A stretch of 64,000 nt of DNA from Mobula birostris. Taxonomy: Eukaryota. Every line of letters starts with the position of its first letter. The stretch's first letter is position 1. Shown piece by piece: positions 13,290-26,500 of this stretch. The notes beneath the pieces are model-generated. The model worked only from the letters and a program-made list of their open reading frames with translations, did no database searches and had not been told where the DNA came from. The stretch is from contig NC_092396.1 in NCBI RefSeq assembly GCF_030028105.1, positions 20,605,820 to 20,669,819 of the forward strand, read 5' to 3'. Made by a program: the position numbers and the translations under genes.

Positions 13290-14175
13290 NNNNNNNNNNN
13301 NNNNNNNNNNNNNNNNNNNNNNNNNNNNNNNNNNNNNNNNNNNNNNNNNNNNNNNNNNNNNNNNNNNNNNNNNNNNNNNNNNNNNNNNNNNNNNNNNNNN
13401 NNNNNNNNNNNNNNNNNNNNNNNNNNNNNNNNNNNNNNNNNNNNNNNNNNNNNNNNNNNNNNNNNNNNNNNNNNNNNNNNNNNNNNNNNNNNNNNNNNNN
13501 NNNNNNNNNNNNNNNNNNNNNNNNNNNNNNNNNNNNNNNNNNNNNNNNNNNNNNNNNNNNNNNNNNNNNNNNNNNNNNNNNNNNNNNNNNNNNNNNNNNN
13601 NNNNNNNNNNNNNNNNNNNNNNNNNNNNNNNNNNNNNNNNNNNNNNNNNNNNNNNNNNNNNNNNNNNNNNNNNNNNNNNNNNNNNNNNNNNNNNNNNNNN
13701 NNNNNNNNNNNNNNNNNNNNNNNNNNNNNNNNNNNNNNNNNNNNNNNNNNNNNNNNNNNNNNNNNNNNNNNNNNNNNNNNNNNNNNNNNNNNNNNNNNNN
13801 NNNNNNNNNNNNNNACTCACACACACACCGCATACACACACACACCACATACACACACAACACCACAAACACACTCACTCATACACACGCGACANNNNNN
13901 NNNNNNNNNNNNNNNNNNNNNNNNNNNNNNNNNNNNNNNNNNNNNNNNNNNNNNNNNNNNNNNNNNNNNNNNNNNNNNNNNNNNNNNNNNNNNNNNNNNN
14001 NNNNNNNNNNNNNNNNNNNNNNNNNNNNNNNNNNNNNNNNNNNNNNNNNNNNNNNNNNNNNNNNNNNNNNNNNNNNNNNNNNNNNNNNNNNNACTCACAC
14101 ACACACCGCATACACACACACACCACATACACACACAACAACAACACCACAAACACACTCACTCATACACACGCG

Positions 14176-14208
<33 letters not shown>
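13290..14208. other. Assembly gaps (N runs 13290-13814 and 13894-14092) in a CA-rich low-complexity tract
   Basis: N runs; the near-identical ~80-bp CA-rich block recurs after each gap; (CA)n at 14179-14208. Confidence 0.95.
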
Positions 14209-14210
<2 letters not shown>

Positions 14211-14678
14211 ACCAAGATCCAGGGTTCAAACAGCGTATGAACTTCGGCCCCTGCACACTGGCTCTCCAATCCCCAGCACTTTAACAGAGAGAGAACAATC
14301 CTTTCCCAATGTAAACAAACTACCGACAATCAAATCTATCATTTTAACAAGGCAATTGATGCTCAATGTTTGACAAACATCTTGGACTCCTTTTTTTAGT
14401 TTGGAAGCAAATGATTTACAGATAGACCAACCAGAACACATACATTGACAGATATATGTACCCACAGACACACACAGACACAGACACACACACACGCACG
14501 CACACCCACACACATTGCTTTTATGCAGTCTCCAATAAATACAAATCATTCCGAAAATCGTCAGAGAGCCATTTACAGTTGAGTTGCAGGTGCCTTGAGA
14601 CGCGACACGAGCCGAATAACATTCAAAGGCGCCGTTCGGCACCGAACACCACGCTGATCCGGACATCCTCCTTCCTAC

Positions 14679-14835
14679 CTGTCTGTTTCTTGGGCTCAGG
14701 GCACAGAGAGCTGCCACTCCGGCAACCCGATAGAACCGAAGATTCAATATCTCCCAGACTGGGAAAGGAATAAGCATCCGCGCTCCCGGGCGCGTTCGCG
14801 ACTATGATGTCAGCGATAGACAGGGGCGGGCACGA
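14679..14835 (-). promoter_or_regulatory. Putative DRAXIN non-coding exon 1 / CpG-rich promoter
   Basis: CpG-rich patch with a GC box (GGGGCGGG near 14823) and a minus-strand donor ACAG|GTAGGA at 14679/14678. The first coding exon is preceded by an acceptor, so an upstream exon is required. Confidence 0.45.
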
Positions 14836-16184
14836 ACAGAACGAATAGAGAAATGTCACAAGAGATACAGTAAAGTAGAAATGAAGATAGGAGTGGGGGT
14901 GTGTGGAGGTCGTGTCCAAGCAATGTTTTGTTTTGTCTTGAAGGTGAATGGAGATGGTTGATGGGGCTGGTCAACAGGAGAGGCAACGCAATTGAAGAGA
15001 GCATGGATGGGAAACGTTGGATATGTAGAAGCGTTATCAGTTTGGCGACTGTGACAAGTGTGGTCGCCCAGGTAACGGGTGCAAGAACGGAATGTCTGAA
15101 ATATTTTGGAAATATACAAATAAACCCAAGAAATGCCTCGGAAAACAAGAGTTGGAAGGGCTTCGCGCTATAAATAGGCTGTTATATGAGAGTGGACGAA
15201 CGGTAGCAGATAGAGTTTCACGTAGCTCACAATGAGTACTGTGCTGTCATGGGAGTCTAATAAAAGGACGATTGAGGACAGATGAACAAAGAGATGTGAG
15301 AGGATAGTTACTCAATTCAAAAAAAAATAGAAGGTTAAGCAGTAAGCGCAAAAACCGCGAGGATTAATGGCATATTGGTTTCAGTCAGGAGAGAGGCTAT
15401 AATAAGTATGCACCATCACACAAATTGTACTCTCGATCTGTATTTCATTAGTTCCGATAAAGCCCAGAAACAATTTATTGGAATGGGCCTGACCGGGAGA
15501 GATGGGTCTATCTATAGTGGAACTAGGCATAGTCCCTGACTGTTAAAGTACGATGCTGGACAGTCCGGAAGACGGGAACACAATCCTAATGTTCAGGCTT
15601 AGCAGTTAAATGCGATTGCAAATAAAAAAAACCGTTTTCATTCAAATTGATGTAATCAGAAAGGGAAGTTGCCATGTGGATCGTAGATACCGTTAACTCA
15701 TAATAGACGGCCAGGAAGTTGTGTAACATCAAAGCTGTCAGATGGCGGACATGCCGGCTTCTTCCCCTGCCTTTCTAGTCCTGAAAAGTCGGCTGTTTAT
15801 TCCTCTCCGTAGATGCTGCCTGACCTGCTGAGTTCTCCTAGCATTGTGTGTGCCCCTTTATTTTATTATCTGTAGTAAATTGTGAGGAGAGAATTTTAAA
15901 AATGCAGCACAGAAGCAACTGTATGGACAACACCTTTCCTTAAACCTGGTTAAAGGTTGGGATACTTAAATGGCAATGGGGAGGGGGAAGTTAAACGGTA
16001 GTGATTTTGATGGTTTCTCTAACTAAAAGTTATCATGTTGAATTAATCTGCACAAATACAAACCATTCGGTTCACCCTATGTGCACTGGAAATCAGGGTT
16101 TATACAGGACCTAGTCCACCGCTTTTCAATTTCCCGTGTCAGCATATTCCTCCATCCCGTTATGCCTGTTTCCTCAACTTTCTC

Positions 16185-16750
16185 AAGTCAGGTTCATTGT
16201 CCTTTAACGGTATACAGGTGCATGTACACCCCCAAACAGGTTTCTCCGGACCAGGGTGTGAAGCACGGTGGTACACATAACACACGATAACTTAGGAACG
16301 CAAGAATTAAAACATCAAATGAATTACGCATTGATTGGCAAAAAGTAAAGTGCGTAAGTTAAGATTGTAGCGTACAGTACAAAGTATCCGAGGCATTTCG
16401 AATGCGTTGCGGCCGGGAGTTCAGAAGCCTAGTGGCCTGAGGGAAGAAACTGTTTTCATCCTGATCGTTGTTGTCTTCACGCAACCGAGCCTCCGGCCTG
16501 ATGGTAGAATGTCAGGGACGATGCTGGATGGATGGGTGGGATCCTTGATAGTACCAAGGGCCCTGCGTACGCAACGCTCCTGATAAATGTCCCCGATAGC
16601 TGGTACGGAGACACCCCCCCCCCACCCCCGCCCGCATGGTTCTCTCAGCCGTTCTCACGGTCCTTTGTAGGGAATTCCGGTCCAGTGTTCTGCTGCTCCC
16701 GTATCAGATGGAGGTACCGGGTGTCGGGACGCTCTCAATGGTGCTCCTCA
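16185..16750 (-). mobile_element. Rex1-type LINE 3' fragment
   Basis: Degenerate RT C-terminus (caggccggaggctcgg...gaaaacagtttcttccc on the minus strand) and 3' tail. Confidence 0.6.
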
Positions 16751-16924
16751 GTTAAGATCCTGAAATTTATCTAAAATCGTACTGCGGGGGAGGAGGCCTT
16801 TACCGATCTGAACCCTATATGAACGGCTTCTTTTAGTCTCCCTCCGAAACATAGACGGTTAATTTATCAAATTCTTCCATTGTTTTAAAAGATCACAAAA
16901 ACAGAGGGAAGCGTGATTTATTAT

Positions 16925-17062
16925 TTAGTCCCGCAGAAGTGTCTCGGCCCGAAACGTCGACTGTACTCTTTCCCATAGATGCTACCTGGCCTGCTGAATT
17001 CCTCCGGCTTTTTGTGTGCGTTGCTTTGGGTTTCCGGCATCTGCAGATTTCCTCGTGTTTAT
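16925..17062 (+). mobile_element. Penelope-like terminal repeat with degenerate hammerhead motif
   Basis: agtc-ccgcaga-agtgtctcggccc-gaaa-cgtc-gact followed by the family tail gatgctacctggcctgctgaattcctcc. Confidence 0.7.
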
Positions 17063-17479
17063 TATTTAGTGGTTGGCTTGCTCTCCATTCTGCAAATCTT
17101 TGAATGGTGGAATGGCGGGGTACCGAGGTCTTCAATAGAACTGTCCAATCAGGGAGTTCCCTCACTGCCTCTTTCCAAGCTGCTCAGTGTTTTTCCTTCT
17201 TAAACATTTATTCAGTTCTTTTTTGAAGGTTCCAACTGAATTTCCTACCGTCACTTTTTCACTCCTGCATTCCAAATGTGTATTGCCACTGCAGTAAAAA
17301 TTTTGCACCCCACACACACAATGCTCAATTTCAACAGCCAATGAAGTGAAACTTCATTTAGGATATTTGAAGGGCGGGGGAGGCATGTATCCTCATAATA
17401 TTTGCGAAGTAACTAAATTAGGATTAAAAATGCCTCATCGCAGAATGCTGGGAAATGAGATTAGTCCAGACACTGCAGG

Positions 17480-18035
17480 GACCAGTTCGTTGAGTGCCTC
17501 CGTTCCATCCGCCTGAAGCGGAACTTCCCAGTGGCCGAACATTTTTAATTCCGATTCCCACTCCCGCTCCGACATATCGGTCCACGGTCTCCTCTCCCGC
17601 AAAGATAAGGCCCAACTCAGGGTGGAGGACCAACACCTTATATTCCAACTGGGTCGCCTCCAACCTATGGTGTTAATATATGGGTTTCTCCTTCCAGTTA
17701 AAAAATCCTTCCCCACCCCTCCTCTTCTATTTCCCACTCTGGCCTCTTACCTGTTCTCAGCGGCCTAACACCTCCGCCTGGGCCTCCTCCTCCTTCCCTT
17801 TCTCCTATGGTCCACTCTCCTCTTCTATCAGATTCATTCTTTGCCGATCCTTTATTTCTCCTTCCTACCCGGCTTCACCTGCCACCTTCTAACTCTCCTC
17901 CTTCCCCTTCCCCTCGCCTTTTTATTTTGACGTCTTCCCCCTTCCATTCCAGTCCTGAAGACGGGTCTCGGCGGAAACATCTCCATCGACGCTGCCTGAC
18001 CTGCTGGGTTTCTCCAGCACTTTGCACGTGTTAGT
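17480..18035 (+). mobile_element. Penelope-like element 3' part: GIY-YIG endonuclease C-terminal fragment plus terminal repeat
   Basis: Frameshifted FVECLRSIR..FPVAEHF/NSDSHSRSDISVHGLL..LRVEDQHLIFQLGRLQP, typical of the vertebrate PLE EN domain; followed by a pyrimidine tract and ctgaaga..gaaac motif. Confidence 0.75.
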
Positions 18036-18679
18036 GTAGATAGATACTTGACAGCTGACACAAACACTAAGGTCTGAAAGGGCCCGTTTTCATGTTGCTT
18101 GACTTTGTGAATAGGTGAAGTTTCTTTACACAGTTACTGGAGAAATAGCTGCTTCACCTCAATAGGTAGGTTGTTCAGGGAAAAGTTAGACGACCCTAAC
18201 TGTCAAGAAGATAATGAACCGTTTATCGCAGAAATACTGAATTGAAGAGAAGAGACGGGGGTAGAGGGAAGCTGAAGGAAAGGCGTCTGTCGAATGGCTA
18301 AGCAACCATTTGAGAGACGCAATGCCCAAATAGCATATACACAGAAATTGCCCAGATTCAATGAAGTTGCCTTGAGGAGGTGACGAAAGCAGGGCGTACA
18401 ATTGCAATGTTTTACATTATCACCTGCCTGGATCATTTTTTAAGTATTCCCTCCTCGAAATTACAAAGTTGAAAATGGATCTGACATGTGCTTACAATCC
18501 TTTGAGACTACTCCACCATTCAGCAAGGTTATGGATGATATTCTACCTCACCCAATCGTCCCATTACCATTCTAAAACCTTTATTCCTGTAGGACCTATT
18601 CATGCATTTTTATAACTGATCCATATTCCTCTCATGTAATTTCAAAGACTCCTTTTCAATTCAATAAAGTCAAAGAAAG

Positions 18680-18990
18680 ATGCAGCAGAATAGCAGGCCC
18701 TTCGGCCAGCGGGCCAGCAACCACGCATTTGCACGAATCATTTGTTAATCATATGGTAATTCCTTTTATATTCTCTCCACGTTCTCATCAACTTTCCCAG
18801 GATCCTGCCGCTCACTTACACACTAGGGATAATCCACAGTGGTTTATATACCAATTTACCGGTGTTTATGGGAGGAAACCAGAGAACCCGGAGCAAACCC
18901 ACGCTGTCACAGGGAGAATGTGCAAACTCGGAATGTGTGAACCTGGGTTTCTGTTCCAGTGAGGCAAAGGCTTCATAAACCACACCTCTG
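18680..18990 (-). mobile_element. V-SINE (HE1-like) degenerate copy
   Basis: V-domain-like core ggaggaaaccagagaacccggagcaaacccacgctgtcacagggagaatgtgcaaact. Confidence 0.65.
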
Positions 18991-19479
18991 TCACTTAAAG
19001 CCTTTATCTCGAACCATTGATTTTTGACTTGCAAATTAGCAGAACTATCCCATTTACTTCATCAAGCCCCCTAGGAGCTTTACATTGTTACTAAACTTAT
19101 CTTTCGCCCTTCTACTCTAAATTATATTGCAACCTTATCATAATTAGTCACAAAACACTGAAGATAAACCGAGATCAAACTGTTGGATGCCTTCTCTGTC
19201 TTTCGCTACAAATAAAGACATAAGTATTTGTAGCGTATCTCCACTTCCATTTATTTATCAACCTAACCTCAGCTGTAAAGACCCGCATTTACCTTCTCTG
19301 AATTTTTAATGCAAAATTAATTTTCACAATCTATTTTGGGACCTTGCTCGTTTTCTGTCATATTCGTCTCCTTTTTACCGGTGTTGGGCTTGACACGGTG
19401 GTAAACTCGTTGCCTCCTTCACTGCGTTCTAACCGCAGCAAAGGGCTCCGAACTTGTGGCTGAGCTCTGGTTGGCCGCC

Positions 19480-19830
19480 TCTCTGTGACGGAGGCTCAGG
19501 GGCGGGGCCATCTGATCGGAGGGGCACGCAAGCTGGTGACGTCACGACGCACGGTGTCAACTGAAGTGGCCGCAGGGCCGCTAGCCGGAGGTCAGTTTGG
19601 AGAGAGGGCGGTTGATGGTCATCGTCGTCTCGGCGTAGGAGGGGGGCTCGGGGCGGTGGTGCTCGGCGGGATTGGCGGCTCGCGGTCTAGCCCGGTCGTG
19701 CTCGGGTGCTCCCTCAGGTCGCGGCCTAGGCCACTGACAGGCGGGACCCGGGGGTGAAGGGGAGCTGGGAGCTGCAGGGCTGCGGATGGAGTCAGCACTG
19801 GGGTGTCGACTGTGAGCGGACACTTGGTGC
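19480..19830 (+). promoter_or_regulatory. MAD2L2 CpG-island promoter and non-coding exon 1 (donor GAG|GTCAGT at 19590/19591)
   Basis: High GC and CpG content, GC box GGGGCGGGG near 19499, palindromic CRE TGACGTCA at 19537-19544; the ATG exon has an acceptor 12 nt upstream of the ATG. Confidence 0.7.
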
Positions 19831-20539
19831 TCGGAATGAGAAGGGGAAGGTGAAGAGCGAGCTCACTCCTTATCCAGTTCAGTGACCTGACTGCGATCTC
19901 CCTCCACCACGCCTAAACACATCAGGAGATAATTCCTTTGTTACTGAAGCTGCACATCACTGATCCTAACCGCATTGACACCACCGGACACTCTGTGATC
20001 ACACCATCAGGAGTGGAATTCGAATAGCTTCTTCCGATGTCTCTTGAATGAAAATGTTTGCCAATATTCCAGAATCGAATATGATGTAATTTGCAATTAG
20101 TTTTCTCTCTTTTTCCTTTCTATAAATATTCATAACTGCTCCTTTAAAGTGCCTTGAGGATTTTCTACAGTGTAAATACATGCACATTTTGTTCCATATC
20201 TACTTCAGACTTTATTTCGTATAATTCTTTATTTTGTAGAATTGTTGAATTTTTTTTGTAACACCAACACACCACAGCAACTTTCTGATCCGTGTAAATG
20301 TATATGATAAATAAAGTTCGTCCTACGTAGTCCAAACTATACTTCTGTTAGAAATGGGACGCATAATTATTTATTTACTTTTTATTTATTTGTTTATTTT
20401 CTTTCTATATTATGTATTGCATTGAACTGCTGCTGCTAGGTTAACAAATTTCATGATAATAAACCTGATTCTGATTCTACTGGTTTTATTAAATCATGCT
20501 GTTCTGACCAATTGTAATATTCTCTAGGTATTTGTGAAG

Positions 20540-20579
20540 ATGGCCACTCTCACACGACAAGATCTCAATTTTGGACAAG
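20540..20579 (+). CDS. MAD2L2: MAD2L2 coding exon 1
   Basis: ATG GCC ACT CTC ACA CGA CAA GAT CTC AAT TTT GGA CAA G|gtgcag; acceptor at 20527/20528. Confidence 0.95.
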
Positions 20580-23500
20580 GTGCAGTTTTAAATATTTTAA
20601 CCAAAGCAACTCGTACCGCTTTGCGTGAATCTTAGATGATAAACATTTTTTTTCTGGTCATTTGTTTGTATTTAATTCTATCCCTGCAAACAGGTAGTTT
20701 GCTGGGGAGATTGTTGGACAGTCATTGATCCTGATGACAGTTCATGAATTTTCAGATTGTGATAAGGAGCAGAAATCACTCCCAGCCCAAGGTGGTTAAA
20801 TCCTTTAGTAGGATGTATTCTAAATTTTGTATGTTCCTGTTTCCATTGCCTGGCTTTCCAGGCTGCACACTATAAACTGCACTGGCACGATCTTACACCC
20901 AGTGAACTGCGGATCTTTTCTTTCTCCAGTGGTTGCAGACGTACTCTGTGAATTTCTGGAAGTGGCTATTCATTTGATTTTGTACGTCAGGGAGGTGTAT
21001 CCAATTGGTATCTTTCAGAAGAGGAAGAAGTACAATGTACCTGTACAGGTAAGTAAGCAGAAACATTGCAAAGTGGATATCCTCATGTTTGCAAAGTGGA
21101 TATTGTTCTGAGGTAGAGATTTGAAGTTTAGGCTACTTTGGAAACTGAACACATAATACGATGCTTTATAAAGCTGCAAATGTGTGGGAGCATCACTGCT
21201 TTCAGATCCCTCTTCAAATCATACACCAACCCGACTTGGAATCTTAGTGCTTCTGTTTTATTTAACCTCCGGATATAAATACTGGAATTCTCTCCCAAAA
21301 CATGACAGTGGGAGTAAATTCAGGAGAATCACAGTGGCAATTCAAGAAAGTGGCTCCCAACATGTAAAGCCAGTTGGGAAAAAGACAATATATGTTGTCT
21401 TTGCCAGTTACACCAAATCCTGCTTAATAAAAATAGCAAATATTAAAACAAAAAATTGTAACTCTAGAGTTTAAGTTTTGTGTGAGCTACTCTTTTGGGG
21501 TTTTGTGCTTTTGAAGACTAGTAATGGCAATAAAGCTGAATGAAGCTTTATTTACCCTTTGAATGCTGTGCTTATTGTAGATGTCGTGTCACCCAGAGCT
21601 TAACCAATACATTCAGGATACTCTGCACTGTATCAAGCCTTTGATTGAGAAGGTGAGAGAAATACTACTTGTTTGCATTTGTCAGAATGTGGAACTGCTT
21701 GTATAAGCACTACCAGTTACTTTCTACTTTACATTATTACTACTCACGTGACTCTTAGAGGCCTGTTATTTTTGTCTCAGTGTATTTAAGATTCTACAGA
21801 AACTAACACTGTGACTAAGTGAGTGGAGACTAGGTGTTCTTTATTTACTGAGTGGCTCAGTCTCCTCACTTAGAAAATAATCATTTGGAAGGATGTTGTT
21901 GCAACAACATTGTAATGTGATGGATAACTGTAGCCCACTTAGTGAAGGGTTCTTCTATTACATTTCATCTGCCTGATTTTGATCTGTGAGCACTAATAAC
22001 TTCACATATAGAATAGTACAGCACAGTAAAGGTCCTCTGGCCCACAATGTTGTGCTAACTTTTTTTTAAATCCATCTATCCATTCATCCAACCAACCATT
22101 TACTGTCTCTGAAATGCTCACCCACCAGGAGATCTATCACCTGACCAGGTTCTTTGCCTAGTCCTTGATCCAGTATGATCTCTGCTCTAGGTGGCCTGTC
22201 TGCGTATTATGCACTATGGCAAATCTAATTGATTTTACCTAAACCAGAAAAAGACCATAAGATATAGGAGCAGAATTAGGTCATTTGGCCCATCGAGTCT
22301 GTTCTGCGATTTCATCATGGCTGATCCAGTTTTCCTCTCAGCCCCAGTCTCCAGCCTTCTCCCCATATCCCTTCATGCCCTGAACAATAAAGAATTTATC
22401 AACCTCTGCCTCAAAAATACACAGAGACTCGGCCTCCACAACTGCCTGTGGCAAAGAATTCGCAGATTCACCACTCTCTGGCTAAAGAAATTACTACTCA
22501 TCTCCGCTCTAAAAGGACTTCCCTCTATTTTGAGGCTGTGCGCTCTGGTCTTAGACTCTCCCACCATAGGAAACATCCCCTCCACATTCACTCTAACAAG
22601 GCCTTTCATCATTCGATAGGTTTTGCTGAGGACACTCCTCATTCTTCTGAATTCTCGTGAATACTGGCCCAAAGCCATCAAACGCTCTTCATATGTCAAG
22701 CTATTCAATCCTGGAATCTTTTTCTGAGCCTCTTTTGAACCCTTTTTCAGTACATCCTTTCTAAGATAAGGGGCCCAAAACTGCTCACAATACTCCAAGT
22801 GACGCCTCACCAGTGCTTTATAAAGTCTCAACCTTACATCCTTGCTTTTATGTTCCAGTCCTCTTGAAATCAGAATCAGAATCCTTTATTATCGCCAAGT
22901 ATGTGGACACATACAGGGAATTTGAAGCAGGGAAAATGAATGCTAACATCCCACCCCGGACTCAACCTGAAAATTAACCTTTAGGGAATCCTACAGAAGA
23001 ACTCCCAAATACCTTTGTGCCTCAGTTTTTTGTATTTTCTCTCCATCCTCTCATTTCTTCTACATGTCTTGACACCATATTCCATCTGCCATTTCTTTGC
23101 CCATCTCCTAATATGTCTAAGTTCTTCTGTAGCCTCTCTACTTCCTCAAAACTACCTGCCCCTCCACCTACCTTCATATCGTCTGCAAACTTTGCAACAA
23201 AGCCATCAATCCCATCATCCAAATCAATGACATATAACATAAAAAGAATTGATCCCAATATAGACCCTGTGGAACCACTAGTCACCAGTAGCCAACCAGA
23301 AAAGGCTCCCTTTATTCCCACTCTTTGCCTCTTGCCAATCGGCCAATGTTTTACCCATGCTAGAATATTTCCTGTAATATCATGGGCTTGGAGCTTGTTA
23401 ATCAGCCTTCCGTGTGGCACCTTGATAAAGCCCTTCTGGTCCAGGTGACCTATCTACCTTCAGACCTTTCAGTTTCCCAAGAACCTTCTGTCTAGTTATG

Positions 23501-26500
23501 GTAACTTCACACACTTCATGACCCCTGACACCTGGAACTTCCACCATACTACTAGTGTCTTGCACAGTGAAGACTGATGCAAAATATTTATTCAGTTTGT
23601 TTGCCATTTTCTTGTCCTCTATTACTACCACTCCAGCGCTGATTCCCAGTGGTCGGATATTCACTCTTGCCTCTCTTTTATACTTCATGTATTTGAAGAA
23701 ACTTTTGGTATCCTCTTTAGTAGTATTGGCTAGCTTACTTTTACTTTTACGTGCTTAATGACATTTTTAGTTGCCTTCTGTTGATTTTTAAATGTTTCCT
23801 AACCCTCCCACTATTTTTTGCTCTATTATATGAGCTCTCTTTGGCTTTTATATTGGCTTTGACTTCTCTTGTTAGCCATGGTTGTGACATCTTTCCTTTA
23901 GAATACTTCTTCCTCTTTGGGATGTATACAGTATATCCTGTGCCTTCTGAGTTGCTTTCAGAAATTCCTGCCATTGCTGCTCTGTCATCATCCCTGCCAG
24001 TGTACTTTTCCAATCAGTTCTGACCAACTCCTCTCTCATGCCTCTGTAATTCCCTTTACTCCATTGTAATACTGACACATCTGACTTTAGCTCTCATTCT
24101 CAGATTTCAGGGTGAATTCGATTATATGATCACTTACCCCTAAGTGTTCTTTTACCTTAAGCTCTCTAATCAATTCTGGTTCATTGTACATCACCCTATC
24201 CAGAATAGCTGATCCCCTAGTGGGCTCAACCATGAGCTGCTCTAAAAAGCCATATTGTAGGCACTCTAGAAGTTCACCCTCCTGGAATCCAGCACCAACC
24301 CAATTTTCCCAATCTACCTGCATATTGAAATCCCCCATGACTATTGTAACATTGCCCTTTTGCTGTGCATCTTCTATCTCCCATTGTAATTTATAGGCCA
24401 CATCCTTACTACTGTTTGGGAGTCTGTATACAACTCCCATCAGGGTCTTTTTACCCTTGCAGTTCCTTAGCTCTATCCACTATGATTCAACACCTTCCAA
24501 CCCTATGTCACCTCTTTCTGATGATTTCACTTTTTACCAACAGGGCAATGCCATACCCTCTGTCTTCCTGCCTGTCCTTTCAATACAACGTGTATTCTTG
24601 GATATTAAGCTCCCAGCTACAATGTTCTTTCAGCCATGATTCATTGATATCTACAACATTATCCCTGCCAATCTGCAACTGTGCTGCAAGTTCATCTGCC
24701 TTATTACATATACTGCGAGCATTCATATATAACACGTTCTTTCCTGTATTCATTCTTTTTGATTTTGTCTGCCGTTTACGTGGCAACTCATCCTGTTGAC
24801 TGCAATTTCGCCCTATCAACAGCCTCTCCTCACTACACATTGCCTCTGTTTATAAACCAGCTACCTCATCTTCAGCACTATTATCCAGCTTTTCTATGAT
24901 ACTACTTGTATTGAAATATATGCAGCTCAGGACACTAGTTGCACCATGTTTAACCTTTTGAATCCTAACTTAGTCTGAGGTTTTATCAACATCTGCCTCC
25001 ACAACCTCTCCACTAACTGTTCTGACACTCTGGTTCCCATTCCACTGAGCTCTAGTTTAAACCCCACAACGCAGCATTAACAAAACTTCCTGCTAAGATA
25101 TTAGTCCCCCTCCAGTTCGGGTGCAAACTGTTCTTTCTGTACAGGTCCCACCTTCCCTGGAAGAGAGCCCAACATTCCAAAACCTTTTATGCCCTCCCTC
25201 CTACACCAACTCCTTTGCCACATATTAAACTGTATAATCTTCCTAGTTCTGGCCTCACTAGCACGTGGCACGGGTAGCAATCCTGAAATCACAATCCTGG
25301 AGGTCCTGCCCTTTAACTTAGCACCTAACTCCCAGAATTCCCTATGCAGAACCTTGTCACTGGTACTCCCCATGTCACTAGTACCTATATGGACCACGAC
25401 TTCTGGTTGTTCACCCTCCCACTTAAGAATGCTGAGGACTTGATCTGAGATATCCCAGACCCTGGCACCCGGAAGGCAACATACCATTCGCGAATCTCGT
25501 TCTCACCCACAGAATCTCCTGTCCACTCCCCTAACTAACGAATCCCCTTTCATCACAGTGTGCCTCTTCCCCCCGAAGAAAAACTAATGTTTTGGAACGC
25601 CAGCTATCTCCAAGCACATCGTCTGAAATTTGGACATCCAATGCTCCTTTCTCATTCAAGTCCTAAGAGTTTTTTTCCTACTGCCATTTGGAAATAACTT
25701 TGTACGGAGAGCAAAAATTCTAGGAGATTCACCACTGGACATTTTACTTAGGGATAAGTAATTGGTGTAACTTGGCTAGCTCAGAACAATTATGTAAAAG
25801 GTCAATGCAAGTCGTTTTTTTTTCTGTTACCTATTCTGTTAACAGTACACTAGTGTATTTGCAGAAACTGTAATTTGAAAAAACTTATCACTCCTCTCCC
25901 CAATATTTTTTGATTTTTGTTTTAAATATTTGGATAATTTTAAACGCAAACAACAGGAATTCTGCAGATGCTGGAAATTCAAGCAACACACATAAAAGTT
26001 GCTGGTCCTGACGAAGGGTCTCGGCCTGAAACGGCGACTGCACCTCTTCCTAGAGATGCTGCCTGGCCTGCTGTGTTCACCAGCAACTTTTATGTGTGTT
26101 ATTTGGATGATTGCTTGGTTGAGATAAGCATTTTATGTGTTGTGACCTGCTCCATTTTGTTTTGTCTTTAGAATGAGGTGGATCGGGTGGTGGTGGTGAT
26201 CCTGGATAAAGAGCATCATCCTGTGGAGCGCTTTGTCTTTGAGATATCTCAACCTCCTCTGCTGTCTGTCAGGTGAAACATTTTCAGTATTCTGTATTCC
26301 TGTACTACTACTGCATGTGACTAAACTATTAATCTTAATCTGAAGCTCGTTACACTTAAGGAAGACAATTCTCCCCATATTCTGAATCTGTCTACATTAC
26401 AAATAGAACATCCTGTGTAATTATTTGGTTAGAACATAATTAGGTTTCTACACATCGTAACCCTAACATGCTTTCTGCACAACCCAATCAAGAAATACAA

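Noticed and set aside
13815-14176. Duplicated ~80-bp CA-rich block
   Set aside because: Each copy begins right after an N-gap, so it is most likely an assembly or gap-filling artefact.
13146-14373. Long ORFs of 240-367 aa
   Set aside because: Artefacts of N runs and CA microsatellite.
19485-19823. ORFs in the MAD2L2 CpG island
   Set aside because: GC-rich, stop-poor sequence with no recognisable protein motifs.
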